Source: Thermodesulfobacteriota bacterium
GTDB taxonomy: Bacteria > Desulfobacterota > Binatia > Bin18
Direction of reading: 5' to 3'
Length of the DNA stretch: 64,000 bases
NCBI GenBank assembly: GCA_964291405.2
Contig: OZ219926.1
Span: 4,480,001-4,544,000 of the forward strand
Every line of letters starts with the position of its first letter. Positions within the stretch are counted from its first letter, which is position 1. The translations under genes were made by a program, and so were the position numbers. Below the pieces are notes generated by a model. It did not search any database, had not been told where the DNA came from, and saw only the letters and a program-made list of their open reading frames with translations. Shown piece by piece: positions 1 through 7,557 of this stretch.

Positions 1-85
1 AATCCCTTTCCAATCACAGCAGTTGACGACCGCCGAGAAAAAGCATTCTCTTGTGACACCAACGCGAACAGAAAAAGGAGGTCGT

Positions 86-640
86 ATGCCAAAATTATCA
101 GTTGCCGAACGCGACGCATTTCTCCAGGAGCGAGGTCATTTGGCCCGGCTTGCCACCCTTCAGGAAGACGGCAGCCCCAGCGTGGTGCCGGTCTGGTTTG
201 TGTACGAGGACGGAAAAATCATCATCACCCCACGCAAATACTCGGCCTTCTGGACCAACGTCCAAAGAGACGCACGGGTGGCCATCACGATTGATGAAGA
301 AGCCGGCCTGTATCGCAAGGTGCTGGTCGAAGGAAAAGCCGAGGTGCTCTATCCGCTCGGCCACGACGACGAATGGCGGGACATCTACCGCCGCATCACC
401 ATGCGCTACGTGGACGAAGAGTCGGGCGACTACTATCTGACCGAGACCCACGACCAGCCCCGCGCCCTGATCGGCGTCGCTCTGGAATCGGCCAAGGTCA
501 TGACCTGGCGCATGCCCGGCGAAGGCGAAGCGTTCAGCGGCATCTGGGCCACGCGCTTTTATGAGCAGGGGTCGAAAATGCGAGCGCAGGTTGCCTCAGG
601 CGGAGGTGAGGCAAGTGGGGATAAACTCAAGGTCGGCTGA
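86..640 (+). CDS. Pyridoxamine 5'-phosphate oxidase-like (PPOX, possibly F420-dependent) split-barrel protein
   Basis: ARLATLQEDGSPSVVPVWF and NVQRDARVAITID motifs; AGGAGG RBS before ATG at 86. Confidence 0.85.
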   Translation: MPKLSVAERDAFLQERGHLARLATLQEDGSPSVVPVWFVYEDGKIIITPRKYSAFWTNVQRDARVAITIDEEAGLYRKVLVEGKAEVLYPLGHDDEWRDIYRRITMRYVDEESGDYYLTETHDQPRALIGVALESAKVMTWRMPGEGEAFSGIWATRFYEQGSKMRAQVASGGGEASGDKLKVG

Positions 641-683
641 CCGTCCTCGCCCGTATTCATCTCAGTAGAATCATACTCCTTAT

Positions 684-719
684 TGGACAAATTTTATGAC
701 TGGCCATATAATATGTCCA
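684..719 (+). promoter_or_regulatory. Sigma70 promoter with overlapping palindromic operator for the phd-vapC operon
   Basis: TGGACA(684-689)-17 bp-TATAAT(707-712); near-perfect palindrome tggccatat-a-atatgtcca at 701-719, typical of TA autoregulation. Confidence 0.65.
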
Positions 720-738
720 TTTCAAGCGGAGAAACGAT

Positions 739-963
739 ATGAAAACGATTGGCGCTGCAAAGTTCAAGGAACAGTGCTTGGCATTATTGGACCGACTTGA
801 CGCCGAGGGCTTAATCGTGACCAAGCACGGCAAGCCGGTCGCACGCGTTGTTCCCTACGACCAGCAGTGCGCCGACCTGATCGGCAGCCTGCAACACAAG
901 ATCAAAATTCAAGGCGGCATTTTGACAACCGGTGTCCACTGGAATGCCGATGCTCAATCTTGA
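739..963 (+). CDS. Phd/YefM family antitoxin
   Basis: MKTIGAAKFKEQCLALLDRL...LIVTKHGKPVARVVP; overlaps downstream PIN gene. Confidence 0.9.
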   Translation: MKTIGAAKFKEQCLALLDRLDAEGLIVTKHGKPVARVVPYDQQCADLIGSLQHKIKIQGGILTTGVHWNADAQS

Positions 964-1324
964 CACACATATGCTGGTCTTCGCGCTCAACGGGGAACTC
1001 CGGCCGGCTGAGCGGGCTCTCCTGGCCCAGAACAGATGGTCTGTGGCGGCTATTGTCCTATGGGAATTGGCCAAGCTGATTGACCTCGGTCGGATAGACA
1101 TGGACCTTGACGACCGTGACGTAAGCCGGGTCCTGAACCGCATACAGATATGGCCGCTTGATCTCGCTGTTGCACGCGCCTCCGCTCGTCTCGATTTTGA
1201 GAGTGATCCAGCAGACCAACTCATTGCCGCCACCAGTATCGTGCACAACATTCCGTTGCTCACGCGCGACCGCGTCATACGTCGCTCGACGCTCGTCCCC
1301 CTGGCCATTCCCGGAAGCGGCTGA
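950..1324 (+). CDS. vapC: VapC family PIN-domain toxin
   Basis: LNLDTH, WELAKL, DPADQLIAAT, LLTRD PIN motifs. Confidence 0.9.
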   Translation: MLNLDTHMLVFALNGELRPAERALLAQNRWSVAAIVLWELAKLIDLGRIDMDLDDRDVSRVLNRIQIWPLDLAVARASARLDFESDPADQLIAATSIVHNIPLLTRDRVIRRSTLVPLAIPGSG

Positions 1325-1349
1325 GTAAACGCAAAGAAAGGCCGGTCAC

Positions 1350-1403
1350 ATGGGCCAACACACGTCACTGTCACGATTCGTAACCCGGCTGAGTCGGACT
1401 GCC
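1350..1403 (+). pseudogene. 5' remnant of a clan AA aspartic protease gene (frameshifted, truncated)
   Basis: ATG GGC then, after a 1-nt shift, THVTVTIRNPAESD, resembling the recalled N-terminus MGxTHVTVTIRNPAxP of this small-protease family; no catalytic DTG motif remains. Confidence 0.45.
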
Positions 1404-1546
1404 TGCCCGGCGAAGGCGAACCCTTCCGCGGCATCTGGGCCACGCGCTTGTGGGCCACGCGCTTGTATGAGCAGGGCTCCAAAATGCGAGAGCAAGTTGC
1501 CAGCGGCGGCGGTGAGGCCGGTGGGGGTAAGTTGAAGGTGGGGTGA
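1404..1546 (+). repeat. Diverged direct copy of the 3' end (513-640) of the PPOX-like gene, with an internal 15-bp tandem duplication
   Basis: Encodes PGEGEPFRGIWATRL-WATRL-YEQGSKMREQVASGGGEAGGGKLKVG* versus PGEGEAFSGIWATRFYEQGSKMRAQVASGGGEASGDKLKVG*; first 17 bp identical. Confidence 0.9.
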
Positions 1547-1580
1547 GCGGCCCCAATCCTGAACTCCTGATTTAATCCTT

Positions 1581-1679
1581 CACTTCTCCTGTGAGTATAA
1601 AGGCGAACGGAAAGACCTAGACGCAGTCTTCTATCAGTTGTGGCAATACGTTCTGGCCTTAGAGGACCTGTTGCGATAG
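1581..1679 (+). pseudogene. N-terminal remnant of an MmeI-like (type IIL/IIG) restriction-modification gene
   Basis: Reads HFSCEYKGERKDLDAVFYQLWQYVLALEDLLR*, resembling the MmeI-type nuclease motif FAWEYKG..KDL..A..QL.QY..ALENPPLL. Confidence 0.6.
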
Positions 1680-1833
1680 GTAGTAGTGATACGTCTTTGC
1701 TTAGAGCCACCGTGGTCGGTTATGTAATAATCGATCCCTCTTTCGGTAGCGACATCGGAGAATAGTGGTGACGAAGACAAGTTTCTCAACTGCGCTCCAA
1801 ACGGAGCTAAGGTATCCATTCAGTCCACCCGAT

Positions 1834-2703
1834 ATGGACTCGATACCGATTTCACCGATTCCGGCGGTGAATGTTGCCACAGTCCCGCAGCGTAGCCCGC
1901 TCCGCTACCCTGGTGGGAAAACGTGGCTGATACCGCATATTCGTGTTTGGCTCGAAAAAATTAACCCACCGCCCCGACTTCTTATCGAGCCGTTTGTTGG
2001 AGGCGGTATTATATCGCTTACCGCTGCGATGGAAGGGTTGGTGGAACGATGCTTGATGGCCGAGTTGGATCGTGACGTTGCCGCCTTTTGGCACGCGGCT
2101 CTGGACCACGGATTAGAGCTTTGTAAACGAGTCATTTGCTTCAAGCCGACGCGGGAAACCATACTCGCCCTGTCTGAGCAATATCCAAGTGATGTCATTG
2201 AGCATGGTTTCCGCACCCTCGTTCTCAACCGGACACGGCGGGGGGGGATCCTTGCTCCCGGTGCATCGCTCAATCGGGTAGGGGAGAACGGAAAGGGAGT
2301 GATGTCCCGTTGGTATCCAGAAACGATTGCTGACCGCTTACACGAGATATCAAAATATGCTGACCGCTTATGCTTTTGTGAGACGGATGGCATGAAGCTG
2401 CTCGACACTGTGTTGAGCAATCACGATTCCAGATCGGTTGTTTTCATTGACCCGCCATACACAGCCGGTGGCAAGCGGGCAGGCAAACGACTATACACCC
2501 ACAACGAGATAGATCACGCACGATTGTTTGAGATGCTTACCGATAGTGGTGCGAATTTTCTCATGACTTACGATCTGGCAGACGAGATCGTCTCCCTGGT
2601 ACGAAAACATGGTTTTCATGCAGTCGAAGTTCTTATGAAGAATACGCACCATGACCGTATACCAGAACTCGTCATCACCCCGCGTCCTGTATTCATCCAA
2701 TGA
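1834..2703 (+). CDS. N6-adenine DNA methyltransferase (Dam/D12 class, alpha group)
   Basis: SPLRYPGGKTW, IEPFVGGG (SAM motif I), FIDPPY (motif IV); start could lie upstream (ORF open from 1765). Confidence 0.9.
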   Translation: MDSIPISPIPAVNVATVPQRSPLRYPGGKTWLIPHIRVWLEKINPPPRLLIEPFVGGGIISLTAAMEGLVERCLMAELDRDVAAFWHAALDHGLELCKRVICFKPTRETILALSEQYPSDVIEHGFRTLVLNRTRRGGILAPGASLNRVGENGKGVMSRWYPETIADRLHEISKYADRLCFCETDGMKLLDTVLSNHDSRSVVFIDPPYTAGGKRAGKRLYTHNEIDHARLFEMLTDSGANFLMTYDLADEIVSLVRKHGFHAVEVLMKNTHHDRIPELVITPRPVFIQ

Positions 2704-3578
2704 GTAATCGTTATGGTATTGCGGAATGGTATGGGCAGCCGTTCCTTAACCTTTCGCTGGCTGCCCGTCGCCGAATGGCAAAGGTGGCTCTCCAAGAAGA
2801 GCACGACATTCCGCCATGTCCGTTTCAAAAGAACCAGCCTCCATGCCGTAAGCGGGGTGGCGTATGTTCCATACGTCGCTATGAAAAAGGCGAAGACGAA
2901 CGACTCGGTTCACCGAAAAGTGGCCCTGTCATCGTTTGTCCGGCTCGGTTCGAGGAGAAACAAGTGCTGGTAAGCTGGCTTGCCGATATTGTCGGATTTT
3001 TACCAGACGAGGCAATGATGGCTCGCGAAGTACCTTTCATGAAAAGTACTGACACGGATAAGCCGGCGGGAAAAATTGACCTTGTAGTTGCCAAAACAGA
3101 CAGAGACAACCTCCTATGGTATGGGCTGGAAATACAGGCCGTTTATTTCTCGGGTCGAGGTATGAACTCGGAGTTCGAGAGACTACGAGATGACGATCAT
3201 CCAGAACCTCCATTTCCAGATAAGGTTCGTAGGCCGGACTGGCGCTCTTCCAGTGCTAAACGTCTCATGCCGCAGTTGCAAATTAAGGTCCCAACTCTCC
3301 GGCGCTGGGGGTCGAAAATCGCTATTGCAGTTGATCGTCCTTTTTTCGAGTCACTCGGCGGCTCCAGCTCCTCGCCGAGGCAAGACCTAGACGATGGCGA
3401 CGTTATCTGGCTAATCCCGGAACTGGTGCTCAATAATGATGGGCGCCATCAGCTCTCGCGGGGGCATTGGGAAATTCTCACTCTGGAGGAAACCAGTGAG
3501 AAGCTTCTTGCAGCCCGGCCCATTCAGCGCAGGACATTTGAGCAGGAACTTCAGAGGAAACTTGAACCACTTGGTTAA
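2700..3578 (+). CDS. NotI-family type II restriction endonuclease
   Basis: Four-Cys motif CPF..C.K.GGVCS..VCP.RF, GKIDLV...LEIQAVYFSG, RRPDWRSSSAKRLMPQL; ATGA overlap with MTase. Confidence 0.8.
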   Translation: MSNRYGIAEWYGQPFLNLSLAARRRMAKVALQEEHDIPPCPFQKNQPPCRKRGGVCSIRRYEKGEDERLGSPKSGPVIVCPARFEEKQVLVSWLADIVGFLPDEAMMAREVPFMKSTDTDKPAGKIDLVVAKTDRDNLLWYGLEIQAVYFSGRGMNSEFERLRDDDHPEPPFPDKVRRPDWRSSSAKRLMPQLQIKVPTLRRWGSKIAIAVDRPFFESLGGSSSSPRQDLDDGDVIWLIPELVLNNDGRHQLSRGHWEILTLEETSEKLLAARPIQRRTFEQELQRKLEPLG

Positions 3579-3585
3579 GGAACGG

Positions 3586-3732
3586 CTCCACAACACCCGC
3601 CCACAATAGTTGGCCGACACCCACGCAAGTCCTGATGCTGCTGTGGCGGCGGCTTACGGCTGGCCTGCTGATATTTCTGACGATGACGCATTGCGTGAAC
3701 TGCTGGAATTGAATCTGACGCGGAGCGGGTAA
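3586..3732 (+). pseudogene. C-terminal remnant of an MmeI-like (type IIL/IIG) RM gene
   Basis: Reads LHNTRPQ*LADTHASPDAAVAAAYGWPADISDDDALRELLELNLTRSG*, matching the typical C-terminus LYN.RP.WL..AH..LD.AVAAAYGWP.D; internal TAG at the Trp position. Confidence 0.75.
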
Positions 3733-3754
3733 GAAATGACCGGCGGCGAGGAGA

Positions 3755-3786
3755 TGTCAGGCTACGCTTTGCTAACCTGACCCACG
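3755..3786. repeat. REP-like extragenic palindrome
   Basis: tgtcaggctacgctttgctaacctgacccacg hairpin. Confidence 0.4.
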
Positions 3787-3838
3787 GCTTGTTGGATTAA
3801 GGTGTGAGTCCGACAAGCTCCAAGAGCGGAGAAGAATC

Positions 3839-4825
3839 ATGAGTGACAGCGCTGTATGTCCTGTTTGCCGGAACACCGAAGGCAGCTCGTGCCAAGAAAC
3901 TCCCAAAGTTGGAGATTACACCCAGTTCAGATGCGATATTTGTGGGCTGTACGAAGCTGACGGATCGGCTTTAGCCAGCACACTTCATTCCCAAGAAAGC
4001 TTAACTCTGATTCAGCGGGCGCTTATCTCCTACCACCTTCGTAAAGGATCGTCCGAGGAAAAACCTTTCAGGATAACGCCTGAATGGGTAAATGACCTTC
4101 TCTCAAATGGTAGCCTCCCCAGTCCCGCGGTGCAGGCGGTGAATATCGTGCGGTTCATTGGAGATGAAGTATCCCGTTCAGGTAAAGCAATTGCGGTCCT
4201 TCCTATTTATATCTATGCAGTCATCGGAGCCCCTGATTATAACGCCGTTATCCGGCTAACAAAGGAACTGGAGGAACGGAAAATTCTTACAGCCGATCCC
4301 CTTGGAACTGCCGTCCGCCCTGACAACGTTACAGAACTGCCCCGCCAAGACTTTACTAACATCAGTCTCAGTCTCGACGGATGGGAGCAGTACGAGGCGG
4401 AAAAACGAGGTGAGTTCCGGGGCAACTACGGCTTCATCGCCATGCAGTTCGGGGACTCCGATCTTGACCCCTTTGTGAAGGACGTTGTGAAGCCTGCGGT
4501 GAAAGAGGACATTGGCTACGACCTTGTTGATATGCGTGACGTCGCGCAGCCTGGGATCATCGACAACATCATGCGCACCCAGATTAGGGATGCGGCGTTC
4601 GTTATCGTTGACCTTACGCACGACAACTCAGGAGCCTACTGGGAGGCGGGCTATGCCGAGGGGTTAGGTAAGCCTGTTCTCTATATCTGCGAGAAAACGA
4701 AATTTGATGAGAAGAAAACTCACTTTGATACCAATCACTGCACGACGGTTCCCTGGTCCAGGGATGATGCCGAGGGTTTCAAGCAGGAATTGATTGCCAC
4801 GCTTCGCCGCTCGCTCGACCTGTAA
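3839..4825 (+). CDS. Zn-finger + helical domain + C-terminal nucleoside 2-deoxyribosyltransferase/TIR-like domain protein
   Basis: N-terminal CPVC...CDICG; C-terminal FIAMQF...VIVDLTHDNSGAYWEAGYAEGLGKPVLYIC...HFDTNH. Confidence 0.7.
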   Translation: MSDSAVCPVCRNTEGSSCQETPKVGDYTQFRCDICGLYEADGSALASTLHSQESLTLIQRALISYHLRKGSSEEKPFRITPEWVNDLLSNGSLPSPAVQAVNIVRFIGDEVSRSGKAIAVLPIYIYAVIGAPDYNAVIRLTKELEERKILTADPLGTAVRPDNVTELPRQDFTNISLSLDGWEQYEAEKRGEFRGNYGFIAMQFGDSDLDPFVKDVVKPAVKEDIGYDLVDMRDVAQPGIIDNIMRTQIRDAAFVIVDLTHDNSGAYWEAGYAEGLGKPVLYICEKTKFDEKKTHFDTNHCTTVPWSRDDAEGFKQELIATLRRSLDL

Positions 4826-5009
4826 AATTGGCGCTCCTCTCTCCCCCTACATTACAACACACAAGGGCTTGGAACTTTGGTGATGTCAGGTTCATGCGCT
4901 GGCAATGGTGCGAGGTTCGTACCCAAGTCCCGCTGAAAAGGGGATTGAAATGTGGATATTGACCGGAAAAGCGGCATATGTGGGCTGTAGCAGGTAAAGA
5001 GGAATCAAC

Positions 5010-6020
5010 ATGGGCAAGGGCAAGCGAGTAAAGACGGAAAGAAGAAGGCGGAAAATGAACGACAAGCTACAATTCCCTTTACTACAAAATTATCCAGAAG
5101 GTGCCCCGAATTATCTAAGACGTATGTCTACGAAATCGGGTGAGATGTTGGCGGAAGATCAGGAATGGATAACTCTACCCAAAAAGAATTTAGATTTACA
5201 TCTGGACTCAGTGACCCCCCAGGGAATTGTGACAACAGTGAATGGAAAATTTCAAGTTTTCGCCATTCCTGCTTGCATAGATCAACTCAGTTATGACAAC
5301 GAATGTTACGACAGGTGGCGGTTGGTAAAGGGAACGGGGAAAGATTTTGCTGTTAATAAAACAGCAACCTTCCATGTCGGTACCCCCAAATTCTATCACG
5401 ATCTGGAATCAGCAGACAATTCTTCGCAGAAAGACCCCGATGAGGGACGAATCCAGATGGGAAAAGATACTATACTTGAGTTTCAAGACCCAGAGTCGAA
5501 AGACTGGATATCCCTGCCTCACGAGGGAATGGCTATCAACTACGGACATGGATACATCTATTGTTGTTCAATGGTAGAAGGAGATGAGATAAGACTACCA
5601 GATGGATACGATACTTACACTATATTTAACGCATCCCCACAAAGGATTGCTCTGGCTTTGGGGATAGATGTTGGAAATCACCTGATAAAGAAAGGATGCA
5701 AAATTACGGGAATCCCGGAAATTAGGGTTTTTTACGGCAAAGTGGCATACACGGGTCATGAAGAACAATCAAATCTGTATCAAAGAGGAGCGGTACTCTC
5801 TTCTGCCGGGGAATTTCGAGAAGACTTGGTCGCACTGTTTACGAAAATGCCTCAATACTCTCATCAAAAAGAGTTTCGATTCTTTATCACACTAGACAAC
5901 GTACAGTGGGACTTTGAATCTCATTGTTCCTTGGAAGTAGCCATGTCCCCATATTTCCAGTTTCATTTTGGGTACACGTACTGGGCTGACGAGCACGAGC
6001 AAAACTGCAACCCGAAGTAA
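5010..6020 (+). CDS. Hypothetical low-GC protein, DUF2971/ADP-ribosyltransferase-like motifs
   Basis: 336-aa ORF with RBS; motifs GTPKFY..D.DEG, YIYCCS, VAY, LFTK..YSHQKEFRF; visibly more AT-rich than flanks. Confidence 0.55.
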   Translation: MGKGKRVKTERRRRKMNDKLQFPLLQNYPEGAPNYLRRMSTKSGEMLAEDQEWITLPKKNLDLHLDSVTPQGIVTTVNGKFQVFAIPACIDQLSYDNECYDRWRLVKGTGKDFAVNKTATFHVGTPKFYHDLESADNSSQKDPDEGRIQMGKDTILEFQDPESKDWISLPHEGMAINYGHGYIYCCSMVEGDEIRLPDGYDTYTIFNASPQRIALALGIDVGNHLIKKGCKITGIPEIRVFYGKVAYTGHEEQSNLYQRGAVLSSAGEFREDLVALFTKMPQYSHQKEFRFFITLDNVQWDFESHCSLEVAMSPYFQFHFGYTYWADEHEQNCNPK

Positions 6021-6043
6021 AGGGGCCTCCGCGCGCTAATATC

Positions 6044-6253
6044 TTGAATTTTTTAGCCCAGGCCAAACGCAGGCTCAACGTTCTGAACGCGGTGGTCACG
6101 CTGGATGACCTGCGAAACAACCCTGGGGCAAGACTCCACCGGCTCAAGGGTGACCGCGCCGAGCAGTGGGCCATCGCTATCAACGAGCAGTACCGCCTCG
6201 TGTTCGACTGGAACGATGGACCAACCAACGTAGAGATAATGGATTACCACTGA
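6044..6253 (+). pseudogene. higB: HigB (RelE-like) toxin, probably 5'-truncated
   Basis: RLHRLKGDRAEQWAIAINEQYRLVFDW...VEIMDYH; lacks the usual MIxSFxxK N-terminus; TTG start without an obvious RBS. Confidence 0.7.
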
Positions 6254-6546
6254 TGATCGGCCCCATACATCCGGGTGTGACTCTTCGTGAGGACTTCATG
6301 GAGCCCTACAAGCTGAGTGCTAACAGCCTCTCGAAGGCGCTCGGCATTTCGCAAAACCGCGTCAGCGATATCGTGCGCGGGCGGCGCGGTATTACGGCCG
6401 ATACCGCGCTCAGGCTTGAGCGTGCCTTTGGCGTGTCCGCTTCCTTCTGGCTCAACCTCCAGTCCCATTACGAGCTTGAGGTTGCCCAGCGGGATGCCGG
6501 GTCTACCATCAGGAAGACCGTGAAGCGGCTCCCCAAGGCGGCCTGA
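6253..6546 (+). CDS. higA: HigA family antitoxin (HTH)
   Basis: PIHPGVTLREDFM, RGITADTALRL, FWLNLQSHYEL; TGATG coupling to higB. Confidence 0.92.
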   Translation: MIGPIHPGVTLREDFMEPYKLSANSLSKALGISQNRVSDIVRGRRGITADTALRLERAFGVSASFWLNLQSHYELEVAQRDAGSTIRKTVKRLPKAA

Positions 6547-6768
6547 ATGCTCGACAACCTTGAAAGCAGCCGAGCTCTCATCCTCTCCGCATAACTGCAC
6601 TATATCCTATAGTGCATGGAAGTAGATAAAAATCTTCCAGACCTCAAGCCGTTTTAGGACGCAGGTATGGAAAATGCACCACCATCTAAAAATGTTGTGG
6701 CATATTTTTAGTTTATGGTAGAATATAGAAATCTCCCGTTATTCTATTTAATGCTACAGGAACATTTT

Positions 6769-7074
6769 ATGGATAATGCTGATGGTTCTCCCAATGCGCC
6801 GAACGTTTCGAGGCCGGACGAGCGCTCCTTCGCGCAACGCGTTCGCATCGACCGGGCGGGTCGTGTGGTGGTGCCGGCTGGTATTCGGAAAGCCCTGCGC
6901 ATTCGCGATGGGCAGGACTTGATTATCTCGCTTGACGACAAATGTATCAGGCTTCAGACCCTTGACGCTGCGCTTGAACGAGTCAGGGGGATCGCCCGGA
7001 GCAAGCGTAAGCGGGAGGGCGACTTAATAGACGCATTCATTGCAGAACGCCGGGCAGAAGCCGAGGCCGGCTGA
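6769..7074 (+). CDS. AbrB/MazE family antitoxin
   Basis: VRIDRAGRVVVPAGIRKALRIRDGQDL; upstream palindrome ctaaaaat...atttttag. Confidence 0.85.
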   Translation: MDNADGSPNAPNVSRPDERSFAQRVRIDRAGRVVVPAGIRKALRIRDGQDLIISLDDKCIRLQTLDAALERVRGIARSKRKREGDLIDAFIAERRAEAEAG

Positions 7075-7075
7075 A

Positions 7076-7465
7076 ATGGCGAGGTCTGTTCTGGATGCGT
7101 CCGCCCTGCTGACGGTGGTTCTGGAGGAAACTGGCGCTGACGTTGTCGTTGAAGCGCTCCGGTCAGGCGCGGTGATGTCCGCAGTCAATGTGGCAGAGGT
7201 CGCCGCCCGCCTGTATCAAGAAAGCTGGACCGAGTCGGAAGTTGCTCTCGTCTTTGGCGGATTGGGTATTGAGATCGTGCCGTTTGGTACTGATGTTGCG
7301 CTCTTGAGCGGTCAATACCGCCTCGCCACCCAAGGGCTGGGTTTAGGACTTGGTGACCGGGCCTGCCTGGCGACCGCCCGAATGGAAGCGAGCCCGGTAT
7401 TGACCGCCGATAGAATATGGACGCAACTTGACCTTGAGGGGGTTGACATTCGCTGCATCCGATAA
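7076..7465 (+). CDS. vapC: VapC family PIN-domain toxin
   Basis: VLDASALL, SAVNVAEV, LGLGDRACLATA, VLTADR motifs. Confidence 0.9.
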   Translation: MARSVLDASALLTVVLEETGADVVVEALRSGAVMSAVNVAEVAARLYQESWTESEVALVFGGLGIEIVPFGTDVALLSGQYRLATQGLGLGLGDRACLATARMEASPVLTADRIWTQLDLEGVDIRCIR

Positions 7466-7475
7466 GGCCCGGTCG

Positions 7476-7501
7476 GTCGGATGAGCCGAGCGTCATCCGA
7501 T
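7476..7501. repeat. REP-like palindrome / hairpin
   Basis: tcggatga-gccgagcg-tcatccga inverted repeat. Confidence 0.45.
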
Positions 7502-7557
7502 ACCCTGAATTGAAACCTGCATGTGCCCCCGTGCGTAGCGCCCACAGGAGAAAACAG

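Noticed and set aside
811-1710. 299-aa minus-strand ORF
   Set aside because: Antisense to the well-supported phd-vapC pair and remnants; no recognisable motifs.
3555-3578. REase C-terminus KLEPLG resembling the DLEPLE motif
   Set aside because: Cytoplasmic protein lacking the Asp and terminal Glu; probably coincidence.
4839-4951. CRISPR array call
   Set aside because: Only one convincing repeat-like unit and no cas genes; kept only as a low-confidence finding.
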